Below the pieces are notes generated by a model, which did not search any database, was not told the origin of the DNA, and saw only the letters and a list, made by a program, of their open reading frames with translations. Position numbers and translations under genes: made by a program. Of a DNA stretch of 57,608 nucleotides, positions 27,159-35,582 are shown in pieces; position 1 is the stretch's first letter, and each line of letters begins with the position of its first letter. Source of the stretch: Myxococcales bacterium (GTDB lineage Bacteria > Desulfobacterota > Binatia > HRBIN30); NCBI GenBank assembly GCA_037445065.1, contig JBBILD010000024.1:1-57608 (forward strand). Direction: 5' to 3'.

Positions 27159-29135
27159 ATGACCTCGTTCCTCGAACTGCTGGTCGCCGCGCTCTGCTTG
27201 TACCTGCCCGGGCGCGCGTGGTTTCCGCTTTTTCTGGAGAGAACCACCGGACCGGCGTTGCCGATCTCGCGCTTGGTCGTGGAGGTCGCGACCAGTACCG
27301 CCGGAGCGACCTTCGTCTCGCTTCTCTTGTTGGACCTCGGTGCCTTCTCCCTAGCGACCCTAGGAGTTGTGCTTGCAGCCTGGGCACTGTTGGGTTGGAT
27401 CCTCGCGCGCAACGCGCCTCGCTTTCGCTACGGCAGGACGGATCTGGCCGTGGTCGGCGTGTTCGTCCTGGGGCTGCTGTGGCTCTCGCCGCCCATGTCG
27501 GCTCATTTTGCCGGAGCCGATGGAACCGCGTACTTGGCTGCGGGTGCGGCAGGGGCGCGGACCGGCACGTTCGTCAGGAAGGACCCTAGCGTGCTGGCCT
27601 TGGACCCGGACGCGCGCCGGGCGTTTTTTCCCAGCGTCGCCGCCGATCGGGGCTCCCCCCCCTACGTTCGTTTGGAAGGCGGGCTCATCTTGCGGGACCT
27701 GGACAGCGGCGACGTCCTCCCAGCATTCCAAGCCGGGCTGATCCCGTGGCTGGCACTCGGGGCATCGTGGCTCGGAAGCGAGCGGATGGTCTGGATCGTT
27801 CCGTTTTTTGCCGCCTCCGCTCTCGGCACGCTCTACGCGCTTTTACGCACCTTCACGCGCTCGTCCGCAGCGCTGCTCGGCACCTTGCTGCTGGCAGTGC
27901 AAGCGCCATTTGTGTTTTACGGTCGCTTCCCGCAACCAGAAGCGGGCGCAACTTTCTTCCTGCTGAGCGGCCTTTATGCGTTGGTGATGTTCGAAACGGG
28001 TTACCCGGCCGCGTCTGCTCTGGTCGGCCTCGCCTTTGGCGCGGCAGGGCTATTCCGCATGGAAATGCTTTTCCTCCTTCCCGCCGGCTTGTGGTGGGCT
28101 TGGCTGCACCTTGCCATCTCACGGGTCGCCCGGGTGGCAATCGCAGCGGCTCCGTTTTGCGGCGCAGCGCTCGCCCGCGCCGCCTGGTTTCGAACGCACT
28201 ACTGGGGAAACCTAGAGACGTTTGCCAGCGACCACGCTGTCCTCCTCGGCATTCTCTTCGGCGTCGCTGGTGCTGCCACCGCACTGCGCCTATGGAAAGG
28301 CGCGCTCCGAACAAGCCACGTACTCTCCGCTGTCGTCCTAGGAGGAGTCTTGGCTCTGGGTGCGTTCCAACTCTCGTCCTCAGCGCGATGGCTGATCGAA
28401 GCGAGTGGCGCCTTACTGTTTCTCGGTGTTAGCGGCTGGTTTTACATCTTTGCGCGCGGCAGGGGCTTGCCTGCGCCGTTCACCATGTGTGCACTTGCGA
28501 CTTTGGGCACTTTGGCTTTTTGCCTCTATGTTTTCGCGCCAAACGCCGCCCCGGTACCCTGGTGGGTTCTGCGACGATCCGTTCCTGTGATCCTCCCGTG
28601 CTTGGCAATCGGCGCGGCGATTCTCCTAGCCAGCGCCTCGCACGGACGGGTGGCCGCACCCCTGCTCGCCGCATCTGCCGTTGTCGCTTTGGCCGCCTTC
28701 TCCCCCGCGAGCCGATCCTTACACCGCTCGGGATTTTTTTCGTCCGCGGCCACACATGCCAAAGCCGTATCGCATCTATTCCCAGACCGATGCATCGCGG
28801 TCGTAGAACCAAAACTCGCCCCGCTCGGGCTGCCGTTGTGGCTGTGGTCTGAGCGAGACTGCGGCGGTTACTACATTCCGGCCGACGACTGCGAGCGCCT
28901 TCGGATGCTCACTTCGAGCACTACGCCGTCCCCACCGGTCTACCTCGTGACCGCGGGCGATCGAGCAGATCATTGCAGCGGAACTCAGTTTCGGATCGTG
29001 CCGGTGGCCCGCTACGAATTTGCACTTCGCAACCCATTGGAAGAGACTGCGGGCCTGCACGCCGCTTCAGGCGAACGACCCGGCTTTCGACTCTACGAGC
29101 TCTCCGTGTATCTCCTGCGAACGCGTGGGCAATAA
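27159..29135 (+). CDS. Polytopic membrane protein, GT-C (ArnT/PMT-like) glycosyltransferase candidate
   Basis: Many TM segments; loop motif GADGTAY; YGRFPQPE, LFRME, WWVLRRSVP; small soluble C-terminal domain; divergent from the GT operon. Confidence 0.62.
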   Translation: MTSFLELLVAALCLYLPGRAWFPLFLERTTGPALPISRLVVEVATSTAGATFVSLLLLDLGAFSLATLGVVLAAWALLGWILARNAPRFRYGRTDLAVVGVFVLGLLWLSPPMSAHFAGADGTAYLAAGAAGARTGTFVRKDPSVLALDPDARRAFFPSVAADRGSPPYVRLEGGLILRDLDSGDVLPAFQAGLIPWLALGASWLGSERMVWIVPFFAASALGTLYALLRTFTRSSAALLGTLLLAVQAPFVFYGRFPQPEAGATFFLLSGLYALVMFETGYPAASALVGLAFGAAGLFRMEMLFLLPAGLWWAWLHLAISRVARVAIAAAPFCGAALARAAWFRTHYWGNLETFASDHAVLLGILFGVAGAATALRLWKGALRTSHVLSAVVLGGVLALGAFQLSSSARWLIEASGALLFLGVSGWFYIFARGRGLPAPFTMCALATLGTLAFCLYVFAPNAAPVPWWVLRRSVPVILPCLAIGAAILLASASHGRVAAPLLAASAVVALAAFSPASRSLHRSGFFSSAATHAKAVSHLFPDRCIAVVEPKLAPLGLPLWLWSERDCGGYYIPADDCERLRMLTSSTTPSPPVYLVTAGDRADHCSGTQFRIVPVARYEFALRNPLEETAGLHAASGERPGFRLYELSVYLLRTRGQ

Positions 29136-29167
29136 AAAAGGCGGCGGGGCAAAGCCCCACCGCCTTT
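29134..29167 (-). terminator. Intrinsic terminator of the secreted-paralog operon (possibly bidirectional)
   Basis: Minus strand AAAGGCGGTGGGGC-TTT-GCCCCGCCGCC-TTTTTT (stem with one G-U pair plus U tract). Confidence 0.85.
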
Positions 29168-29188
29168 CGTTCACCAAGTGACGTGCCG

Positions 29189-29836
29189 TTAGTTCAGAAT
29201 ACCCGGCCGCGCTACGACGAATCCATCGTCGCAGTTGACCACCTCGGCAGACAAAATCTCGAGATTGTGGCTGGCGAGCCCCTTGGGCTGGGAACTCTGA
29301 GTCAAGCAGCTCTGGATGTCCTGTGTCCCCAAGACCACCCCACGGCCATTGGCAACGAAGCAGCCGCTGATCTGATTTCCACACTCGAACGTAGTGTCGG
29401 CAAAAGTAACCAACGCGTTGGTTTTCGGAGGGTGCTTCGTCGTCACACCGGCACGGGTGGTTCTGACCGTCAACCGCACCTTTACCTTCTGCCCATTCTG
29501 CAGCCCAGTCATGAAGAGCTTGACGCGCCCCTGTCCGCCGGCAAGCCCAGGGAACCGGCGCACGTCAAGTCGCCCGATTTTCATCGGTGCTCCCACTGGG
29601 TTCGTACCCAGTGGTGGAGGAAAAGGGTCGGATGGGTTTGCCAAACATCCCCCGCTCGGCAAGTTTGCCGGAGCCGTCACCGTCAACCCCGATGGAGTAC
29701 ATGCGTCAAATGCTCGTGCCAGCCACGACGAAAAGCGAGCCGCCCTCGACGGGAACAGTGGACTTTGCCCCTCACTCATTTGTGGCACCATGCCTGCCAG
29801 CAGGATTGCCCCAGCTGCCAAAACCGCCTTTTTCAT
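29189..29836 (-). CDS. Secreted hypothetical protein, paralog C (6 Cys)
   Basis: SD GGAGGGAG; signal peptide MKKAVLAAG...SEG/Q; shares WLARAFDACTP, GCL, TKHPP, VTFAD, ARPGI motifs with neighbours. Confidence 0.88.
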   Translation of the reverse strand: MKKAVLAAGAILLAGMVPQMSEGQSPLFPSRAARFSSWLARAFDACTPSGLTVTAPANLPSGGCLANPSDPFPPPLGTNPVGAPMKIGRLDVRRFPGLAGGQGRVKLFMTGLQNGQKVKVRLTVRTTRAGVTTKHPPKTNALVTFADTTFECGNQISGCFVANGRGVVLGTQDIQSCLTQSSQPKGLASHNLEILSAEVVNCDDGFVVARPGILN

Positions 29837-29906
29837 ACTCCCTCCTTTGAACTTGTTGCCTCGTTCTCCCTTATTCGGTGCTTCCATCCTAAGTCAAGAG
29901 ACAATT

Positions 29907-30524
29907 TCACCGCAGGATACCGCTGCGCGCGAGTTCCTTACCACTCGAAACATTCACTAGGCTCGCGCCCAAGACCTCGATATTCGCCAAGTTCGGCGTT
30001 GCGCCGCCCGCAAGACCGGTGTTCGGGGAGAGGCAAGCGGCCAGATCCGTTCTACCGAGGATCGCTCCACTCGGCCGAACCACGAAAGCATTTGGCGCGG
30101 CGGGACAATCCACAGAAAAGTCTGCAAACGTAACGGTGGCTCCGGTCTTCGGTGGGTGCTTGGTGGAAACTCCCTTTCGGGTGACGCGTAAATTGAGCCG
30201 AACGCGGACAGACTCACCGAACGTGAAGCCGCGGCCAAAAATACCGATCTTTCCCGACTTGCTCACGCGCAGACGCGCGAAGTTCATCGGCAGCGTGGGC
30301 TCGGTCACTGAATTCGCAGCCAAGCACCCACCACCCGACGGAAGCCCGGTCGTCAGCACCGTCAACGTGGATGGAGTGCAGGGATCAAAGGCCCGTGCCA
30401 TCCAAGTGTCGTACAAAGGAGCTTTCGTCACAAACAATGGCAACGTCTGCGCCAGCGCTGGCTTCCCCGCGACGAAGCCGAACCACCCGAGCACGGCCAA
30501 CCCAAAAATCCTTGTTCCCTTCAT
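29907..30524 (-). CDS. Secreted hypothetical protein, paralog B (4 Cys)
   Basis: SD GGGAGG; signal peptide ...ALA/Q; WMARAFDPCTP, GCL, TKHPP, VTFAD, ARSGILR. Confidence 0.88.
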   Translation of the reverse strand: MKGTRIFGLAVLGWFGFVAGKPALAQTLPLFVTKAPLYDTWMARAFDPCTPSTLTVLTTGLPSGGGCLAANSVTEPTLPMNFARLRVSKSGKIGIFGRGFTFGESVRVRLNLRVTRKGVSTKHPPKTGATVTFADFSVDCPAAPNAFVVRPSGAILGRTDLAACLSPNTGLAGGATPNLANIEVLGASLVNVSSGKELARSGILR

Positions 30525-30550
30525 TGTCGCGCCTCCCTTCGCTCCGGCAC

Positions 30551-31156
30551 TCAGCGCATGATTCCTGGCCGCGCAAAGACCTTGTTTGCGTTATCCGCGT
30601 TTACCAAGGCCACGTCCACAATCTCGATGTTTCCAAGCGCAAGACCCGGATAAGGCTGCAAACAGTCCGACAAATCAATTTTGCCACCCAAGTTTCCGCT
30701 CGGCCACACAGCAATGAACCCGAACGGTGGGGGTCCGCAAACGACCGTTGTATCTTGGAAAGTGACGCGCTTCGTCCCGGGGGGATGCTTGGTCGAGATC
30801 CCGTTACGGGTCGTGCGCACCGTAAGCTGCACTTTTACGCGCCCACCGGGCGTGAGCCCCCGACCGAAGACTTTGATCTTCCCGTTTCCCTTCGAGATCG
30901 TGATTTTCCCAAACTGCATCGGCATCTGGTTGTCCACGACCGTCGCGCTCGACAGGCAACCCTGAGCCGGTAAGCCAGTGGTTGTCACCGTGAGGCTTCC
31001 TGGGGTGCAAGCATCGAACGCTCGCACAAGCCAAGCCGAATAATTTCGGGCCACCTGTGGAAACGCCGGCGTCTGAGCTTGCGCCCAAGCCGCGAGCCAC
31101 GTCACCGCGACCGCTGCCAGACCGCCGGCTGCCCAACCGTACAGCCTAGTTTTCAT
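30551..31156 (-). CDS. Secreted hypothetical protein, paralog A (4 Cys)
   Basis: SD AAGGAGG; signal peptide ...AQA/Q; WLVRAFDACTP, GCL, TKHPP, VTFQD, ARPGIMR. Confidence 0.88.
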   Translation of the reverse strand: MKTRLYGWAAGGLAAVAVTWLAAWAQAQTPAFPQVARNYSAWLVRAFDACTPGSLTVTTTGLPAQGCLSSATVVDNQMPMQFGKITISKGNGKIKVFGRGLTPGGRVKVQLTVRTTRNGISTKHPPGTKRVTFQDTTVVCGPPPFGFIAVWPSGNLGGKIDLSDCLQPYPGLALGNIEIVDVALVNADNANKVFARPGIMR

Positions 31157-31240
31157 ACCCGCCTCCTTGTCTTGCTCTCGACCAAGCCCGGAACCGTTTG
31201 CTGCTCCTCGGATCAACGCACCGATCATATATGCACTAAG

Positions 31241-31257
31241 TGACAATCAGTTGTCAA
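31241..31257. promoter_or_regulatory. Palindromic operator overlapping a perfect -35 hexamer
   Basis: TGACAA-tcag-TTGTCA (31241-31256); minus-strand TTGACA at 31257-31252; AT-rich tract CATATATGAT downstream. Confidence 0.6.
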
Positions 31258-31281
31258 GAACAAACCCCTCCGGCCCAACGG

Positions 31282-31992
31282 TTATTTTTCGACCAACTGG
31301 GCCAAAGCCCGCCGCGCGGCTTCCTGTTCCGCGGCGCGTTTGCTTTTCCCCTCGCCACGCGCAACTACTTGTCCGCCAACCACCGCCTCGACCACAAACC
31401 ATCGGGCGTGGTCGGGGCCGCTCTGGGCGACCGTCACGTAGCGGGGCGTTTGGCGCAGTCGCCCCTGACAGAGTTCCTGCAGCGCAGTTTTCGCATCAAT
31501 ACGCCTGCGCGCCGGGAGGGTCGCAATGTCCTCTTCAAAATGGCGAGCGAGGACGGCACGCGCCGCCTCAAACCCACCGTCCAGGTACAACGCCCCCAGC
31601 AGCGCCTCGAAGGCGGCGGCCAAGATGGACGCCTTCTCCCGGCCTCCCGTCTTTTCCTCGCCGCGTCCCAACTGCAGCGCCTTCCCCAATCCCAGCTCGC
31701 GGGCTTTCACCGCAAGGCTTTGCGTGTTCACCAGTGCCGCTCGGTATTGGGAGAGGCGGCCCTCTGCCGCATCAGGGTAGCGCTGCAAGAGAAGGTCACT
31801 GAGCACGAGTCCGAGCACGGCGTCGCCCAAAAATTCGAGCTGCTCCATGCGCTGTGTGCTCGCGGTCGGAGTTGCAGAGGGGTGAGTCAGCGCCCACTGG
31901 AGTAGCTGCACATCGCGGAACTCATAGCCGAGCCGCTGCTGAAGCTCGTTGATCGAGAGCGTACGGGGCTCTTCGGTCGCTACGCGAGACAC
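31282..31992 (-). CDS. rnc: Ribonuclease III
   Basis: ALTHPS, EQLEFLGDAVL, FEALLGALYLDGG, dsRBD DAKTALQE...GKSKRAAEQEAA. Confidence 0.96.
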   Translation of the reverse strand: MSRVATEEPRTLSINELQQRLGYEFRDVQLLQWALTHPSATPTASTQRMEQLEFLGDAVLGLVLSDLLLQRYPDAAEGRLSQYRAALVNTQSLAVKARELGLGKALQLGRGEEKTGGREKASILAAAFEALLGALYLDGGFEAARAVLARHFEEDIATLPARRRIDAKTALQELCQGRLRQTPRYVTVAQSGPDHARWFVVEAVVGGQVVARGEGKSKRAAEQEAARRALAQLVEK

Positions 31993-33266
31993 CGCCCCCG
32001 TACCCCCCGGTCGGCCACTTCTTCTACGTGCACGTACACTTCTCGGTTACGGGTGGTCTCGCCCTCAACGTACACCCGCACGTAATTGCGGGAGTAGCCT
32101 ACGCCACCTTTGCCGTTCTCCGTCGGGCGTTCGATGAGCACGGGTACAATTTGGCCCACCATACGTTGGGCGAAAGCGCGGCGGTGCAAAGCATCGATTC
32201 TGCGCAATCGCCGCGCGCGTTCCCGCACCAGAGAAGGATGAATCCGCCCGGCCATTTTTGCCGCCGTCGTACCACTGCGCGGCGAATAGGGGAACACGTG
32301 GAAGTAATGCAGCGGCAGAGAATCGAACCAGGCCAAGCCGGCGTCGAATTGTTCCTCGGTCTCCCCCGGGAATCCCGCAATCACGTCCGTCCCCAAGGAG
32401 GCGTGGGGAAAGCGTTCGTGGATGGAAGACAATAGCTCGCTCACAAAGCCGGTAGAATAACGGCGCCGCATCCGCCGCAGCACATCATCGTGCCCGGCTT
32501 GGATCGGGATGTGGAAGTGCGGGCAAAGTCGCTCCGAAGCTGCGAATAGTTCGAGGAGCCGCGGTGTCACCTCCGGCGGATCGATCGAACTCAAGCGAAC
32601 ACGCTGGATTGTGCTCTGCGCGAGCACGGCTTCGACCAGGTCAGCAAGTTCTCGCTGAGGGCGGAGGTCTGCTCCCCAACCTCCCAGATGGACTCCCGTG
32701 AGAACGACTTCCACAACGCCCCGGTCCTCCAGCCGCCGCAGATGCTCGACGACCTCTCCTTCTGGAAGGCTGCGGCTAGCCCCACGCGAGAATGGCACAA
32801 TGCAAAACGAGCAAAACAGGTTACAGCCTTCCTGAACCTTGAGAAACGCTCGTGTGTGCCCCTCCACAACTCCACCGCCGATCGTTCGGATCCGCCGTGC
32901 CTGCCGCACATCGTCGACCGCAATTCGCTGGAGCAACTCGCCCGAGGCTGCTCGCAAGACATCTTCCAGCCGATTCAAACCGACCACGTAATCAACCTCT
33001 GGAATCGCCGCTCGCTGGGGCGAGACCTGTGCGAAGCAACCGGTCAACACCACTCGTGCGCAGGGATTCCGGCGGCGGGCGCGCCGTGCGAGCTGGCGGC
33101 TCTCGGCATCGGCTCGGTCGGTGACCGAGCAAGTGTTGACAACGTACACGTCCGCCTCCTGATCGAACGGAACGACCTGCCAACCGCGAGCCCGCGCGGC
33201 GGTTTCCACCACAGAGGAATCGTATTGATTCACCTTGCAACCAAGGGTGGCAACTGCGATCCGCAT
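31980..33266 (-). CDS. mtaB: tRNA t6A37 methylthiotransferase
   Basis: TLGCKVNQY, VNTCSVT, LKVQEGCNLFCSFCIVP, HVFPYSPRSGT. Confidence 0.93.
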   Translation of the reverse strand: MRIAVATLGCKVNQYDSSVVETAARARGWQVVPFDQEADVYVVNTCSVTDRADAESRQLARRARRRNPCARVVLTGCFAQVSPQRAAIPEVDYVVGLNRLEDVLRAASGELLQRIAVDDVRQARRIRTIGGGVVEGHTRAFLKVQEGCNLFCSFCIVPFSRGASRSLPEGEVVEHLRRLEDRGVVEVVLTGVHLGGWGADLRPQRELADLVEAVLAQSTIQRVRLSSIDPPEVTPRLLELFAASERLCPHFHIPIQAGHDDVLRRMRRRYSTGFVSELLSSIHERFPHASLGTDVIAGFPGETEEQFDAGLAWFDSLPLHYFHVFPYSPRSGTTAAKMAGRIHPSLVRERARRLRRIDALHRRAFAQRMVGQIVPVLIERPTENGKGGVGYSRNYVRVYVEGETTRNREVYVHVEEVADRGVRGRCLA

Positions 33267-33285
33267 GAGAGTCCCGTCCCGCACT

Positions 33286-34368
33286 TCAGCCCCAGCTTTC
33301 TTCGATCCAGCCACCGCCGAGCACGCGCGGACCTTCATACAGTACCGCCGCTTGTCCCGGAGTGACGGCACTCAACGGGCTGTCGGCCCGGACCGCGAAC
33401 CCCTCTGCACTCGCTTCTTCGATCAGCACCGGCACAGGCGCAGAGCGAGCGCGAATTTTCACAAGCGCACGCGTGCCCGCTTCGGGTGGCTGCGCAACAA
33501 GCCAGTTTGCCCCCGAGGCACGCAATCCATGAGCAAGCGTGCGCGGCTTGGTACCCACACGCACGGTACCGGACTCCGGGTCAATCGCCACCACGTACCT
33601 GGGCTCCCCGCGACTCACCCCGAGGCCGCGTCTCTGCCCAACGGTAAACCGGTGCACCCCCGGGTGGGCGCCGACCACGGTTCCCGATTCCTCGTCCAGA
33701 ATGACCCCGGGGCGGACGCGATCCGGCGCCAGTTGCTCCACCAGCGCCGCGTAACCAGCGCGAGGAGCAAAGCACACTTCCTGACTTTCCGGCTTGTGGG
33801 CGACCGGCAATCCGAGCTGTTCCGCGATGGCTCTGACTTCTCGCTTGCTCAACTCTCCCACCGGGAAAAGGAGTTGAGGCAACCGCTCGGGCGCAATTCC
33901 GAACAGGTAATACGACTGATCCTTAGCGGCGTCGCTCGCTGCCCACAGTTGTGGCTCCCCCGTGGCTGACTGGCGGACTCGCGCGTAGTGACCGGTGGCC
34001 ACAAAGGACGCCCCCAACGCTTGCGCTCTCTGGAACAGGGCATCGAACTTCACAAACTGGTTACATCGCGCGCAGGGATTCGGAGTGCGGCCGCGCAAGT
34101 ACTCCGCAACGAAAGGCTCCAAAACGCTCGTTTCGAACTCCCGCGCAAAGTCGAGCACGTAGAAGGGGAAACCCATCAGCGCTGCCACTCTGCGCGCATC
34201 GGCGAAATCGTCCAGCGAGCAACAACCACTCTGGCTGCCGGGCGCGCTCCACAAGCGCATCGCGACACCGACCACGTCGTATCCAGCCAGCTTGAGCAGC
34301 GCTGCGGCCACCGAACTGTCGACACCGCCGCTCATCGCCACCAACACCCGGCCTAACGCACGCGCCAT
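33286..34368 (-). CDS. mnmA: tRNA 2-thiouridine(34) synthase
   Basis: AMSGGVDSS, TPNPCARCN, ATGHY, KDQSY, ESQEVCF, TPGQ. Confidence 0.96.
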   Translation of the reverse strand: MARALGRVLVAMSGGVDSSVAAALLKLAGYDVVGVAMRLWSAPGSQSGCCSLDDFADARRVAALMGFPFYVLDFAREFETSVLEPFVAEYLRGRTPNPCARCNQFVKFDALFQRAQALGASFVATGHYARVRQSATGEPQLWAASDAAKDQSYYLFGIAPERLPQLLFPVGELSKREVRAIAEQLGLPVAHKPESQEVCFAPRAGYAALVEQLAPDRVRPGVILDEESGTVVGAHPGVHRFTVGQRRGLGVSRGEPRYVVAIDPESGTVRVGTKPRTLAHGLRASGANWLVAQPPEAGTRALVKIRARSAPVPVLIEEASAEGFAVRADSPLSAVTPGQAAVLYEGPRVLGGGWIEESWG

Positions 34369-35513
34369 TGCTCCCTCCGCGCTCCGCCCAAGGCCATCTC
34401 CAGCACCACGGAGCGAACAATGCGCACCGCTTCGTCAATCTCGGCGGCAGTGTTTTCGACTCCCAAACTGAAACGGACTACTTGCGACGCCCGCTCGCGA
34501 TCCACGCCCAAAGCGAGCAGAACGTGGGACGGTTGCGCCGCCCCCGCACTGCACGCCGATCCCACCGAAGCGCAAACTCCCTCCAAATCCAGGCGGGCAA
34601 CCAATGCGTCACCAGGAATCCCACCAAATCCCACACTCAGAGTGTTCGGGAGAAACTCCGCACTGTTCCCGCTGTACCGCACCACCCCTGGCAAGTCGGC
34701 AAGACCTTCCCACAACCGTTCGCGCAGTTTCATGCAGTGAGGCATCGCCTGCGAAAGCTCGCCCAAGCAGGCACGAAGGGCCGCGGCACAACCCATTGCC
34801 GCCGGTACATTTTCCGTCCCTGCCCGCAAACCACGTTCCTGATCGCCACCGCGCAACAGCGGCTCCAACGCAGTTCCTTGGCGAACAAACAGAATCCCGC
34901 TTCCCGCCGGCCCTCCGAACTTGTGGGAAGACGCGGTCAACAAGTCTACCAGCGCCACCTTTACTGGAATGCGACCCAAGGCCTGCACCGCGTCGGAATG
35001 CAGCGGTACCCCCTGTTCGCGGCACACGGCGGAAAGTTCCGCCATGGGCTGGCATACACCCGTCTCGTTGTTTGCCCATCCGATGCTCACCAGCGCGACG
35101 TTACCTGCTCGCAGGGTCTCGCGCAGTTCTTGCGGATCGACTCTGCCATCGCGACCGACGCGCAGAAGATGCGTTGCAAATCCGAAATCCGCTAACAAGC
35201 GAAGCGGGCGCAGAACTGAAGAGTGCTCGATCGGCGTGGTGCAAATCACCCGCTTCTTGCTCGCCAGTGCTGCACCCAAAATGGCAGTCGTGTTGCCTTC
35301 GGTGCCGCCGCTGGTGAAGACGATTTCACCTGGGCTCACGGACAGGGCATGGGCGACCTGGGCGCGAGCGTCTTCCAACATGGCACGGGCCGACTGTCCG
35401 AGGGCGTGCGTACTGGACGGATTTCCCCTCTCCTCTGCCAGCGCGCCAAGCATGGCGCGGCGCGCCTCAGGGCGAAGCGGCGCGGTCGCATTGTGGTCGA
35501 GGTAAATCCGCAT
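34353..35513 (-). CDS. iscS: Cysteine desulfurase (IscS/NifS class I)
   Basis: YLDHNAT, FTSGGTE, NNETG, HSDAVQ, SHKFGGP, RAGTEN, GSACSAG. Confidence 0.9.
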   Translation of the reverse strand: MRIYLDHNATAPLRPEARRAMLGALAEERGNPSSTHALGQSARAMLEDARAQVAHALSVSPGEIVFTSGGTEGNTTAILGAALASKKRVICTTPIEHSSVLRPLRLLADFGFATHLLRVGRDGRVDPQELRETLRAGNVALVSIGWANNETGVCQPMAELSAVCREQGVPLHSDAVQALGRIPVKVALVDLLTASSHKFGGPAGSGILFVRQGTALEPLLRGGDQERGLRAGTENVPAAMGCAAALRACLGELSQAMPHCMKLRERLWEGLADLPGVVRYSGNSAEFLPNTLSVGFGGIPGDALVARLDLEGVCASVGSACSAGAAQPSHVLLALGVDRERASQVVRFSLGVENTAAEIDEAVRIVRSVVLEMALGGARREQWRVR

Positions 35514-35582
35514 AGGTTGTTCTCCGAAGCCGAGTCGCTCAACGGTGGAAATTCTGTGGGGCGGGCGACTTGTGGCTAGGGT

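Noticed and set aside
28973..30133. 386-aa plus-strand ORF
   Set aside because: Antisense to the secreted paralogs, crosses a terminator, no motifs.
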